Assembly: GCF_006345805.1 (NCBI RefSeq) | Contig: NW_021833001.1 | Coordinates: forward strand, 1-58,517 | Origin: Octopus sinensis | Taxonomy: Eukaryota | DNA: 58,517 nucleotides | Direction: 5' to 3' | Shown: positions 36,975 to 49,592 of the stretch, in pieces | Layout of the letters: each line of letters opens with the position of its first letter | Position numbering within the stretch: the first letter of the stretch is position 1 | Notes under the pieces: model-generated | Seen by the model: only the letters and a program-made list of their open reading frames with translations | Database searches by the model: none | Told to the model about the DNA's origin: nothing | Translations under genes and position numbers: made by a program

Positions 36975-38259
36975 CGAGGGGCGTTCAATAAGTAATGCCC
37001 CTGACCCACTCCCCGTAGCAGTAGAGCAACGAAACTTGACACATTTATTAGTCCTTTTCTACATAGGAACCACTCAGAGTTACGCATTTCTCCCATCGTT
37101 TGATGCAGTTCTGGAGACCGTTTTTGTAGAAGACCCCAGCTTGGTCCTCCAACCACGACGTGACTTCAGAAATCAAGGCTGCATCATCTGGGAAACGCTT
37201 TCCTTTCAAAAACAACTTCATGGCTGGGAAGAGGTGAAAATCCGATGGTGGTGCAAGGTCAAGAGAGTAGGGGCATGGGGGAGGAGTTCATAGCCGCACG
37301 CCTGTGCTTCTGATCTGGTGACCATCGAGCTGTGGACCGGAGCGTTGTCCTGCAGGAGGAAGATGCCTTTGCTGATCTTGCCCCGCCTCTTGATTTTGAT
37401 AGCTTCTCTTAATTTCATCAAAAGTGAAGCATAATAGGCTCCTGTAATTGTGGTACCCTTTGCCAGGAAATCTGTCATCACTACTCCGTCCTGGTCCCAG
37501 AAGACTGTGAGCATGACCTTGCTAGCGGAGGGCTGCACCCTTGCCTTCTTTGGAGGAGGTGAGTCACGGTCCTTCCACTGCATTGACTGGGCTTTTGTCT
37601 CTGGATCATAGTGATGGACCCAGGTTTCATCCTGTGTAATCAGTCTTTTGAAAAATTTTGACTCATCTTCTTGGCACATCTCCAAATTCATCCTCGAGCA
37701 TTCGACGCGTTCTTGCTTCTGGAAAGGTGTGATCAACCTGGGAATCCATCTGGCAGACACCTTTTGCATATGCAAATGTTCATGAATGATTGGTTTCCAC
37801 AGACCCGGTACTAATCTTGACCTATTTGGCGAATAGTTATGCGTCGATCTTCCAAAATGACAGCCTCAACTTGGACAGATGCTTCATCAATAGCAGTAGG
37901 AGGGCGATCAGATCTGGTAGCTGTTTCCACAGAGTTCCGACCATGTTTGAATTCACAATGCCAGCGTTTTACAAGGTCATATGATGGGGCATCATCACCA
38001 TAACTTACTTTCATTTCATCAAAAGTCTCCCGTGGTGTGCGTCCTTTCAAATATAAAAAGCGGATCACTGCCCGACACTCAACAGGCTCCATTTCACACT
38101 TGACTCAGTTCAAACACCTGTAAGTCAGAAACCACAATTATTTCAGAGCTGTAATTTGCCACTTAATCTATAGAGATATAAATAATTGCACATGCAAAAT
38201 TTCAGCTAGATCAAACAACTGCAAGTGGGTCAGAGGCATTACTTATTGAACGCCCCTCG
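36975..38259 (-). mobile_element. Full-length mariner element (1285 bp)
   Basis: TIRs of about 36 bp (cgaggggcgttcaataagtaatgcc...ctgacccact), TA at both ends, transposase inside. Confidence 0.97.
37048..38092 (-). pseudogene. Frameshifted mariner DD34D transposase
   Basis: MEPVECRAVIRFL (HTH), WIPRL, ITQDETWVHHYDPE and LLQDNAPVH, then a shifted frame containing the YSPDLAP region. Two frameshifts. Confidence 0.95.
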
Positions 38260-38618
38260 TACAACCCTCTAAAGTGCCTATAATAACTGGTGCATTGGGA
38301 ACTGTAAGCAAAGATATAGAAAAATGGTTGAAGGAGATTGCAATAGAATGTCCTGTAGAGCTTCTATAGAAAGTTTGCAGGGAAGACTATCAGGAAGGTT
38401 CTAAGCACTTGAAAGTCTTATTGAAAGCTTGTGGATACCTAAGGTTACAGGTAACAACCCACTTCTGTCCGTTATCATCGCTATGCTGTTTATCAGCATT
38501 AGTACCATTGACTGTCTAATATATATATATATATATATCATTCAAAATGTGACCGAGTGTGTACCGTTGGCGATTTTTTCCCTCTGTCTTCCCTTCTCTG
38601 GATCTTTCCTTCTTCTAC

Positions 38619-38653
38619 GTTTCCGACGAAGAGCTCCGCTCGAAACGTTAAAC
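38619..38653 (+). ncRNA. Minimal hammerhead-like motif, U4C variant
   Basis: GTTT CCGACGA A GAGC-tcc-GCTC GAAAC GT T AAAC. Confidence 0.55.
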
Positions 38654-38761
38654 CCTTCTTCTTTCCTTCTTTCCTGAGCGTCCAATAATACTATATTTGT
38701 TCCACGTCTTCGCGTTGTTGTGTTTTTTTCTGTGCTTTCATGTTTGGATTAACTATATATA

Positions 38762-39120
38762 TATAAAGAATTAGAAAAAACCCACCTTTTATCAATTCAA
38801 AATGAACAATTAAATTACACCATCTAGAAAATTACATATAATAGAAATATCAAAATCAAAATAACAATAAAATGTCAATGATTAAGTAAATTGCAAAAAA
38901 AAAATAATAATAAAAACGTATATAATTGGTAGAATAACGACACGTTTTTCGTGGCTATATTTAAGAAATGATTATAGCAGTAGAGAAATCACTTCGATAT
39001 AAATATAGTCACTCATCAGGTTAAAAATATTATATTGTGTGAAATTTGATTTAGTTTTTCTAAATTGAATTTTTTTCCTTGTAAGTTTGGTTTTTATTCC
39101 CTCAAATAATAATTATATAT
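38762..39120 (-). mobile_element. AT-rich mini-element carrying a hammerhead motif (same family as 57800-58100)
   Basis: High identity to 57800-58100. Both ends abut (TA)n. Confidence 0.85.
38935..39023 (-). ncRNA. Type I hammerhead motif with a long helix II insert
   Basis: TAAC CTGATGA GTGACTATATTTA-(insert)-TAAATATAGCCAC GAAAA ACGTGT C GTTA: perfect helix I and GUC triplet. Confidence 0.6.
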
Positions 39121-39271
39121 ATATATACATATACATGCATACACATACATATATACACGCACACACATACACACATACGCACACACGCATATATATATAT
39201 AAAATAAAAGGAAAATGCTCACATTTTACATAAATTTTGATATATTTTGTTAATACATTTTATATGGTATT

Positions 39272-39304
39272 TCTCAACCGGTTTCGCTTTCGCTAATCAT
39301 GACA
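39272..39304 (-). ncRNA. Degenerate minimal hammerhead motif
   Basis: TGTC ATGATTA GC-gaaa-GC GAAAC CGGT T GAGA, with two core substitutions. Confidence 0.35.
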
Positions 39305-39639
39305 TTGAAATTATTGTAATTTCGTATTTTCTGGTACACAAAAACTAATGCGCTAAGATATATTTATATTAGAATACAAATATATTTGAAGGCCGTTATA
39401 TTATATTATTTTATTTTAAAAATTTTATCTTTGTTTTTGTTTTTTAGTTAATTATGCTCACGCTGTTAAACAAATAGATTTAAATTCAGTCTTATTGGAT
39501 ATGTGAATCCTTAATATGCATAAGAAATCACACTGAGGAGATTCTTGGCCAAAAAAACAATGAATTTTTATAATTTTATTATGGCCAAGAATTAAAACAT
39601 TTGTATGTGATTTATATTTAATATTTATTACTTATTATA

Positions 39640-40232
39640 CAGGGTGTTCAAAATGTCTTTCTGCGGTGATTTTTTTTTATCCTGCGTATGGTGGGACCGA
39701 TTTTTTTTTAAGACGCCATGAACACCGAGAGATATTGCTCAAATATTGTCTATCCATTTGTAGGCCATCTCACTGAAAGTAAAATTAATAATGCATACTT
39801 TCAGCAAGATGGAGCTACAGTACATACTTTGCACATCACCACGGCGCTACTTCAAGAGATTTTTCAGTGAACGGATTATTCGAAGGGACTTTGGCCACTA
39901 AGATCGCCTGATTTAACACTGCCAGACTTTTTTTTTCTGGGAAGCAAGTAAAGGATCAGTGTACAAGAATCGCCCAAAAACCAATAATGAGCTAAAAGAG
40001 GCAATCATAACCTTCACACGGTCCATACCGCGTCAGACTCTCCAAGTTGTATTTCAAAACGTGTAGAAGAGTCAACTTATGTATGGAAAATGAAGAACGA
40101 CACTTTCAACACCTCTTATAAAATATTTTTTAAGTCTTGTAAAGTCTAATATATTCTTTGGTACTCTTATACCATCTTATAAATATTTATTCTGCAATAA
40201 AATACTTACTGATAGACTTTTTGAACACACTG
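39640..40232 (+). mobile_element. Non-autonomous Tc1/mariner (rosa/maT-like) deletion derivative
   Basis: TIRs cag(g/t)gtgttcaaaa(t/a)gtct with TA flanks. Internal frames read YFQQDGAT, WPLRSPDLT.PDFF and RHFQHLL*. Confidence 0.88.
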
Positions 40233-40264
40233 TATTATATTACTATAATATAATATAATATAAT

Positions 40265-40538
40265 ATCACGTGATCACGTGACCGACCAGACCATCAGATG
40301 TTTTACACATCGCTGGTCACAATGCGTTCGCATTGTTTTAGCCTTCGAATGACGCCACCCCGCTAGCTAAGCGAGCAGGCCAACAGAAGAGTGAGAGAAA
40401 GAGTGGTGAAAGAGTACAGCAGGGATCACCACCCCCTGCCGGAGCTCAATAAACACTCACAACGCCCGGTCTGGGAATCGAAACCGCGATCATACGACCG
40501 CGAGTCCGCTGCCCTAACCACTAGGCCATTGCGCCTCC
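40265..40538 (-). mobile_element. tRNA-derived SINE family D head with an alternative tail
   Basis: The head ggaggcgcaatggcctagtggttagggcagcggactcg matches 51379, but the tail differs. Confidence 0.85.
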
Positions 40539-40736
40539 ATAATAAATATAATATATATAATATACTATAATATAATACAATATAAATAATATATAAAATA
40601 AATATAAATATATATATAATATAATATAATAAAGATAATATAATATAATATAATATAATATAATATATATAATGCTAATAAATTTAAATTGTAATATTCA
40701 GATTGCCAATTGTTATATTATCTCCATTTTCTATTC

Positions 40737-40833
<97 letters not shown>

Positions 40834-40930
40834 AATGGTAAGACAACAAAAGAATGAAAGAGACCTCGATATTATGTAAATAGAGGAATTTACATGTAAA
40901 TGTAATATGTGACAATTATTCGGTAACCAT

Positions 40931-40991
40931 GATAAAACTCCAAGTTTCGGATGTCGGGAGGGAAACCCAGGCCAGCATCTCTTCAGTTATC
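40931..40991 (-). ncRNA. Type I hammerhead ribozyme candidate
   Basis: GATAA CTGAAGA GATG-(ext)-CATC C GAAAC T-tgg-A GT T TTATC: 5-bp helix I and all core bases present. Confidence 0.7.
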
Positions 40992-41013
40992 CGGCCATCA
41001 GTATATATATTAT

Positions 41014-41046
<33 letters not shown>

Positions 41047-41515
41047 CATATGAGTGGCTTAATCGCAATATTACAAACCTAAGGCAAAAACACAGAGGTA
41101 TTAGAGAGACAAAGGGCACCAACCAGCACAAGCATTGCTAGAACTAAGAGTCAAAACAACTCAATAGCCACGGAAAGCACTATGTTAATGACTGACAAGG
41201 TAGGCAAGATCCTTACTTTAAATTCGACTTATACATCCATCCATCCATACACACACACATACATACATACATACATACATACATACATACATACATACAT
41301 ACATGCATACATACATACATACATGCATACATACATACATATACACACACACTCACACACTCACACACACACACACACCACACACACACACACGCACACG
41401 TATGGTGGTTGCCTACTCCTTATGCAGAGTTTGACCATTTCCTGTTCCTACACCTCAGCACCATCATGGCATCTGATGTGGCTTTTGAAACCAGACAATG
41501 TTCTCAAAAGACACC

Positions 41516-41610
<95 letters not shown>

Positions 41611-41779
41611 ATATATATATATATATATATAAGTCGAATTTAAAATTAGAGAATGAAGGTTTAGAAAGTATGCGTTAAACGCAGTTATCCAAACCTTGTT
41701 TCAGGGCAAGTCGTGTGTCCACGGAGCACGTTCTCCACTTATGGCTACCGGGCCTCGTCAGCGATACTTTGCTCACCAT

Positions 41780-41879
41780 CTATGATCACCATCATCGTCA
41801 TCATTATCCTCATTACCACCACTACCATCACCATCATCATCATCATCATCAAAATCACCACTACCATCATCATCACTAC

Positions 41880-41926
<47 letters not shown>

Positions 41927-41930
41927 CTAC

Positions 41931-41978
<48 letters not shown>

Positions 41979-42130
41979 CCTCCACCACCACCACCACCAC
42001 CATCACCACCGCCGCCACCAACGCCGCCGCCGTCGTCGTGGTAGTCAATAACAACAGCAGCAATAACAATAACAAAAAAAAACAACAACAATAACAATAA
42101 CAATAACAATAGCACCAACAACAACAACAC
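41780..42130. repeat. (CAT)/(CAC)/(CAA) trinucleotide microsatellite
   Basis: Direct reading of the sequence. Source of the poly-H/I/M/D ORFs. Confidence 0.95.
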
Positions 42131-42465
42131 GGTCGTTAAGTAGAATACGAGAAGATGAACAGACCGAGAGGAACGGGTTAGAGAAAGGAGATTAGTGCAG
42201 GTTGGAAGGGAATTACAGAATCGCAAACCAAGCGAAACAGGAGTGCCAGGTGGATTTGACTGCCGAGTAGTGATATGTAACTAGCTATGTGTGTGTACGT
42301 GTTTGTGTGTGTGTGTGTGTGTGTGTGGTGTGGTGTGTGTGTGTGGTGTGTGTGTGTGCGTGTGTGTGCGTGTGTGTGTATTTCTATGCATGTAATCCTT
42401 GCACAAATATAAAAATGAGTTTATGTAGCGGACTTGGAATAACTATTTTAATGTATGTATGTATG

Positions 42466-42496
<31 letters not shown>

Positions 42497-42713
42497 GTGT
42501 GTGTGTTTGAAGCGTGTGTATGTATGTATGTATGTTTGTATGTATGTATGCATGTATGTATGTATGTATGCCTGTATGTATGCATGTGTGTGTGTATGTA
42601 TGTATGTATGTATGCATGTATGCATGTATGTATGCATGTATGTATGTGTGTGTGTATCTATCTATCTATCGATATATATATATATATATACAAACACACA
42701 CACACCTATATAC

Positions 42714-42793
<80 letters not shown>

Positions 42794-42911
42794 TTTGTAT
42801 GTATTTGTATATATACCTCATATATATGAATATGTATGTATACTATATATATATTATAAATATATATATAATATATATGTATATTTGTATATATGTGTGT
42901 GTATATATGTG

Positions 42912-42956
<45 letters not shown>

Positions 42957-43177
42957 ATATATATGTATATGTATATATATCCAATATATAATTACATGTC
43001 CTGATTGGTTACTTACAAACCTTATATTATTAAGGGACGGTACGTGTATTATGCTGACTCACAAACTAAGAATCGGTCAAATTGCCAACTATTTTACTCT
43101 CGTATGTGACATTCCTCACATAATTCAAACAATGACTGCATTCTCAACTTTCACGAATATCTCTCTGTCGCTGTCTA

Positions 43178-43208
<31 letters not shown>

Positions 43209-43394
43209 TCTCTCTCTCTCTCTCTCTCTCTCCCTCTCTCTCTCTCTCTCTGTTTTTGCTAGTCTGCCTCTCTGTTTCTGCTTTTTTTTTTACCGCGTCT
43301 TTCTGTTTCAATAGAAAAGTCCACCTTACAACGTTCGCCATTCAGCTACAAACATCTGCAATACACACACACCACACACACACACACCACACAC

Positions 43395-43427
<33 letters not shown>

Positions 43428-43713
43428 AGATTCTAAGTCTCGTTTCTCGTTTGTTTGGAACATTTTTTCAGTAGTGATTCGTGAGATTCAGTTGTGAATG
43501 AAATTTATTCTCTATAACCGTGTAGATTTCTCGCTTTTATGATTACACTCATTAACGTGTGTGTGTGTGTGTATTTGTGTGTGTGTGTGTGTATATATAA
43601 AACATCGGCCAACCAAAGCGTTGTGAGTTGATTTTATACACGAAAACTGAAAGAATACCGTCGTATATATATATATATATTATTTATTTAAAGGCCACAG
43701 GACATGTATTAAA

Positions 43714-43766
43714 GCGCTACTAATAGTTTCATATGTTGAAAAAACTCAAACATATTCCTCAGGCGC
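43714..43766 (-). ncRNA. Type I hammerhead ribozyme candidate with intact core
   Basis: GCGC CTGAGGA ATATGTTTGAG-tttt-TTCAACATAT GAAAC TA-t-TA GT A GCGC. Confidence 0.78.
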
Positions 43767-43966
43767 AAACCATATGAAACTATTTGTAGCGTTAGTTTTA
43801 AATAAATAATATTTATCCTCCACCAGATAGAATACTCTTTTTGATGAATTTTCTATCTTGGATCAATACATTATATGGTTCAAATTTGCAGAAAACAACA
43901 GATGAAGACAGGTGCGTGAAGAACAAGCAGCTGCATTAGTTTGACGCTCGGGAAGCATAGAGATGT

Positions 43967-44002
43967 CTTTGAAGTTTTAAGCCTGCGCTCTCCGACAGAA
44001 AA
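43967..44002 (-). ncRNA. Decayed A6U-type hammerhead-like motif
   Basis: TTTT CTGTCGG A GAGC-gcag-GCTT AAAAC TT C AAAG within an old copy of the 16660/58170 family. Confidence 0.3.
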
Positions 44003-45048
44003 AAGATGAGAAGGAAAAAAAAACGAAAAGAGAAATAATGTGTAGGGATTAACGGTTTAAGATGATGAAATAACCGGAAGAGGCTGAGTGTAGGGAAGAT
44101 AATAATGGTGACCCGGCTGAATTGGGGTGCACAAGTGCGTGTGCATATGTAAGAATGGTGTGTATGCGTGAATGGGGACGAGCGCGTGTGAATGTACGTG
44201 TGGACAAGCTTAAAATTATGCGAGCCCCTGTGAGCATGTGGGACGCGTGTGTGTATATGTATAAGTAAATCAGCGCGTTTGTTGTTTGGAGTGATGTGTG
44301 CTCTCTGTATTTAAGTATGTGTGTGTATGGACGCATGTATGTGTGTGAGACTGTTTATAGTACGTGTGTGTGTTAGGCTATCAGGTGTGTGTTTGTGTGT
44401 GGAAACGTAGCAGTTAATGTGTACTTGTTCGAGTAATGTAGATATATGTGTGTGTGCCTGTTAGAGCATGATGTGAGCGTGTCTCCTTATAGCGTGCGTA
44501 TGTATTGTACATGCTTATGTGCGAAATTTGCATGTGTTTATGTGTGTTGTATGCGTATGTATTGTGCGTGTTTTTATGAGTGAATATTGTGTGTTGTAGG
44601 GGAATGCATGGTGGTGCTAGGTGGGATAGGGTTCACGAGAGTTAGAGGTTGTAGGTATTGGGTGCTAGCGTGTGTGGAGTGGGAAGGTGTGTTTTGAGAG
44701 CATGTGCATGTGAGTGTGAGGGTGTGGGTACTGAGTTGAACACTGTGTATGGTTGTTTGTATAAAGGTGTGTGTGTGGTGAAGGTACTGAGTTTGGTGGT
44801 GTACAGCTGTGGAGGAGGAGGGGCATATAAAGGTGGAAGGGCTATGTGAATGTGTATAGATTTGGTTTTAGATGAAGCGAGGTGACGAATTAAGACCATA
44901 TGGAGCAATGAAATGAAGAGAGAAAATCAATTCTTGTTCACGGCGGAGGCGGGAGTCCGGGTGGCTTCTGTGCAAAGAAATGCATGTATGTATGTATGTA
45001 TGTATGTATGTATGTATGTATGTATGTATGTATGTATGTATGTATATG

Positions 45049-45124
<76 letters not shown>

Positions 45125-45301
45125 GTGTGTCTTTATGCCTGTGTTTGTTCCCCACCAGTTTGACGACCGGTGTTGGTGTGTTTACGTGCTAGTAACTTAG
45201 GAAAACTAAGTACTGGGGTTGATTCATGCGACTAAAACTTCTTTAGGGAGGTGCTCCAACATAGATGTAATCTAATGACTGGAACAAGTAAAAGATAAAA
45301 G
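45125..45301 (+). mobile_element. SINE family A, 3' half
   Basis: Follows (TA)n and ends ...atgactggaacaagtaaaagataaaa. Confidence 0.8.
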
Positions 45302-45577
45302 AGGTATGTCTGTGTGTGTGTGCGTATCGTTGTTATTATAAAAAAGTGTCGTAAGTCCAAAACGGTGCCTTTTTTTTAGAAAACGAAAAAATAGTGTCAC
45401 CATTCCATAGCAAAACTGTTGTACTACACTTTGACAATTTTTGATATCTTGGCATCTGAAGCAGTTGGAGATACGATAGTCTGACCAAAAGAACCAGCTA
45501 TTGCAAGCTAAGATAGATATCGTAAAAAACGCATTTGGCCATATTTGGACATACGACAATTTAACATAATAGCAACG

Positions 45578-45625
<48 letters not shown>

Positions 45626-45921
45626 AGGTAGGTATGTTTGCATGTATATGTATGTATATATGTCGATACTACACTAATGGCTCTTTTCATAGACATCTAC
45701 CGTCGTTCGTTTCTTGAGGATCAGCCTCTTCAGCTTAACTAGTTTGTTTATCCTCTCGCCATAGACTTTCTCCTCCGGGAACGATGCATTCAGTAACAGT
45801 TTTTGTTTATGCTTTCTATCTTTCACAGATCACAAACGTTTTGTCTCTCCCACCGCCCAAACGAAATTGAACCAAACATTCCACGTCATCTTTCTCTGAT
45901 AACCGAACAATATTCGGTGCG

Positions 45922-46347
45922 TTTTGGTTATCTCACCCGCATTAAAAAATTACCATTAAAAAACTGGGTTATCTCCCCACTAAAAAATTGTATTTATGTG
46001 TCGACAAAAATTTGGATTGAAAGAGATCCTTTTGATTCAATACTTCAACACCTTGTTGATGCTTTGCTCCAACAATTAAGAATGGTATGATTTGTTATAA
46101 AAATGTTATCAGATTCGGTAAGATGTTTAATTTTTTCAGTTTTCATGCTTATTAATCTTTTCAGTTTTGTATGATTTGTTATAAAAATATCATCAGATTC
46201 AATGTTTCATCTTTTCACTTTTGTTTCTTTGTTTTATTGTGGGTTAAACAATTTTTATAGTTGAGGGAGATAACCAAAAGTGCCGATATTTCTCATAAAA
46301 CGTGGGCAGATAACCCAATTTTTTTAATGGGTGTAGGATAACCAAAA
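45922..46347. mobile_element. MITE-like element with reiterated subterminal GGTTATC motifs
   Basis: Two ggttatct on the left and three inverted gataacc on the right. Internal direct repeat gtatgatttgttataaaaat..atcagattc occurs twice. Confidence 0.65.
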
Positions 46348-48007
46348 TTTTCCCCCATATTCTATTTTGATACGATCAAGATGAGTAGTAGTATTTGACA
46401 ACGTCTACTTTGATAAACACTCAAAATCCCAGCGGTATCCGTCCGTATGACAGGTCAAACACTTGAACAGGTTTTTGAAGTTTTAAACCCTGGATTTTTA
46501 ATATATCGGAAGCTCCTACGCAATCTTAGCATGCGTGTAAAATGCTACTCATGTCCTCTCTTAGCACTAACAAACAGCACGTTATGATAATAAACGCTTC
46601 AAGAAATCCAACCTCGAGACAAAGTACGAAGGCTCTGGCTTTGTCGACGATGTGAACAGCGGTAAAAGCGGTACTTTCCGGCTATTATCATCATTATCCA
46701 GGAAGATCGCCCTTACCTAGAACTCCAGGGTTTTTCGAAACAGCATTACCACTCCACTCGATCCGAACCAATCGCGAGTAAGTACGTATGAATCGTGCCG
46801 GATATCCTGGACACGCTGATGGCTAACATCCATTGACTTAATGTCGTTATGCTGGTGATTTTGCTTCCATGTCTACTCCAGACCACATGCATTTGTAAAA
46901 ATTAACACTTAAAAGAGTCACGTTTAGTGGATTCTAACTTGGCGCCGGACCTGCTAGGAATAGCTGCCAAAACTCTCATAAATCACGCCTTAGAGGAAAG
47001 AAAGGTTTTAATGGTTTTAAAGATAGTTCTTACTATATCTAAATACGCGGTTGTCGTGTTTGTACGCCTTTGATCAACGGTTTTCACTATCAGGCCACCC
47101 TCAAGCTAAACATCAACATAAATACGATATGAGCATTAGGACTAACACAGAAGAGAAAAAATAAAAATAAAACGGATAAGAAGGCAAAGCTCAGGAAAAA
47201 AAAGCAAAAGAAAAAATGCCAGGCAAGACAAAATAAAACAGTAACTGAATTTAGACAAAAAGGTATGGTGAAATGTCGAAGTGATTAGCTCACATGTCAG
47301 ATATATTTAACAATCTATATCAAACATATAGATATCAGAAGAAATTATTATATAATGACTAAATTGAATTAAAAGAAAATTTATAACTAGTTCAAATGGT
47401 TTGTTTCCTCTGTAAAACGAAGTACATTGCTTTTCAATTACCACGGTGACAGAAAATATATTTTATTACAAAAATGTGTGACCACCCCTCGACAAACGGC
47501 TAGAAACTCTCTCTCTCTCCTCCTCCTCCTCCTCCTCCTCCTCTCTCTCTCTCTCTATATATATATATGTGTGTGTATGTGTGTATATATATACATGTAT
47601 GTTTCAGTGTTCGTATTATTTATGTATGTATATATATATATAATATATATATATATATCAGTATGTGTGTGTATGTGTGTATGCATGCATGTCTCTGTGT
47701 GTGTATAATTTATGCATGCATAGCTATATATATATATTATATATATAATATATATATATATATATACACACATAGGTACACATGCATACATATATACATA
47801 TATTTATGCATAGACACATACAAATATACATACACTTACATCAGGTAAAAAAATGTATTGTTTGTAAATCCTTTAAGTTTAACTTTTGTTTCGTTTATTT
47901 TGACAAGCATTTATTCCTTACTATAAACATTTATTCCTTATCTAACAGTTTTCGTGTAAGATTTATATATTCTTTTGGTTCTATTCTAAGAATGTTTTTC
48001 ATCATCA

Positions 48008-48397
48008 TCGGACAAAATGCTCAGCGGTATTTCTCCCGACTCGTTAAGTTCCGAGTTCCAATCCCGCCGAGGTCGACTTTGCCTTTCATCCCTTTGGAAT
48101 CGATAAAATAAAGTACCAGTTGAGCACTAGGATCGATGAAATCGATTTAGCTCTCTCCCAAATTGCTGGCATTGTGCCAAAATTGGAAACCTTTGAGCTG
48201 GCGAACTGGTAGAATTGTTACCGCGCCGGACAAAACGCTTACCAGCATTTCATCGTTTATGTTCTGTGTTCAAATCCGGTCGTGATCAACTTTGACTTTC
48301 AACCTTATGAGGTTGATAAAATAGGTACCAACTGAGAACAAGGGTTGATGTAACCGATAGGCCCCTCCTCCAGAATTTCAGGCCTTGTAGTAGAAAG
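48008..48397 (+). mobile_element. Two adjacent SINE family B copies
   Basis: Two head/core/tail units at 48008-48190 and about 48196-48397. Confidence 0.8.
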
Positions 48398-48749
48398 ACG
48401 TATTAGTGGAGGGTATCACTCTAAGTGTGGTCCTGTGAGTCGGAGAAAAGGGACTGGAGATGGCAATTTCCCTTGGATGGTGGGCTTCCTCGATTATCCC
48501 TAGAGGTCCCCTTGTACCAGGAGGACGACATCACAATCATCGTCCTTTTTCTTTGTTTTGTTTTTACTGTTGTATACTATATATATTTGCCTTCTTTGTC
48601 TCATTGCATACTGTGTATACTTTCAATGTTTTTTGCTCATTTCATTATATGTAACCCCCCCACACACACACACACACTTTATGTCTGTCCTTGTGATGTC
48701 CTCTTCAACCTTCGCCCTGGTGGCAAATAAAAGAAATCATTATTATCAT

Positions 48750-48945
48750 ACGAGATGGCAGAATCGTTAGCACGTCGGGCGAAATGCTTAGCAGTATTTC
48801 GTCTGTCGCTACAGACGAGTTCAAATTCTACCGAGGTCGACATTGCCTTTCATCCTTTCAGGGTCAATAAATTAAGTGCCAGGTCGATGTGACCGACCGT
48901 CCCCTCCCCCCTCAAATTCCAGGCCTTGTGCCTGTAGTAGAAAGG
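48750..48945 (+). mobile_element. SINE family B
   Basis: gatggcagaatcgttagcacg...tttcatcctttcagggtc...gtagaaagggttatt. Confidence 0.85.
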
Positions 48946-48954
48946 GTTATTATT

Positions 48955-49294
48955 ATTTTATGTTTGACTTTTGCTTTACATTTGTAGAAGTTGGCTCCAA
49001 GTCTCACCTAGCGACCTCAAAAGATAACAAGTTGGAAGTTCATGTTGGTGATATGCCTTGGGTGCCATAAATTTGGTTTTGTACATAATGTTGTTCTAGA
49101 GAATGTTTAAGAAACTATAAGAAAATTATGTTTGTTTTAAAACTTGAGATTACATAGAAAGTATTTTGCGTAGGATATGAGCAGTTCCCATGAGCACTAT
49201 CTTTTGAATTTCTGCCATTTTGGGGTTTCCTGGCATCTGAGCTAGGTAGCAATCAGCCCCTTTTGCTATCATTCCCAGGGCACCTATGACAACA

Positions 49295-49295
<1 letters not shown>
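48955..49295 (-). mobile_element. 3' end of a third R4/Dong-like LINE family in (TAA)n
   Basis: The minus frame reads VVIGALGMIAKGADCYLAQMPGNPKMAEIQKIVLMGTAHILRKILSM*. Confidence 0.85.
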
Positions 49296-49367
<72 letters not shown>

Positions 49368-49376
49368 ATTATTAAA

Positions 49377-49592
49377 AAGGTGGCAAGCTGGCAGAATCGT
49401 TAGCACGCCGGGCGAAATACTTAGTGGTATTTCATCTACCTCTATGTTCTGAGTTCAACCTCCTCCGAAGTCGACTTTGCCTTTCATCCTTTCGGGATCG
49501 ATAAATTAAGTACCTGTAAAATACTGGGGCCGATGTAATGGACTAGTCCCCTCACCCCAGATTTCATGCCTTGTGCCTATAGCAGAAAGGAT
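49377..49592 (+). mobile_element. SINE family B
   Basis: Complete head, core and tail following (GTT)n/(ATT)n. Confidence 0.88.

Larger units (their letters stand above)
35900..38500 (+). mobile_element. Internally deleted R4/Dong-like LINE (5' UTR and N-terminus joined to the C-terminus) with nested SINE and mariner
   Basis: N-terminal fragments read ..SEQRL.DQVRTI..KGWLTDMEIEEIK (36300-36720). The C-terminal PIITGALGTVSKDIEKWLKEI...KTIRKVLST* lies at 38270-38410. Starts right after (TAA)n. Confidence 0.65.

Noticed and set aside
41688-41765. Hammerhead-like CTGACGA GGC…GCC CT GAAAC AAG GT T (minus)
   Set aside because: Two extra bases precede GAAA, helix I is poor, and there is no second copy. 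It could be chance.
44060-44900. Long TG-rich segment as a distinct element
   Set aside because: It reads as a degenerate (TG)n low-complexity tract without termini or a repeat unit.
45680-45830. 51-codon open frame on the minus strand (…LNASFPEEKVYGERINKLVKLKRLILKK…) as a terminal exon
   Set aside because: A stop codon lies immediately upstream, there is no polypyrimidine acceptor, and no homology was recognised.
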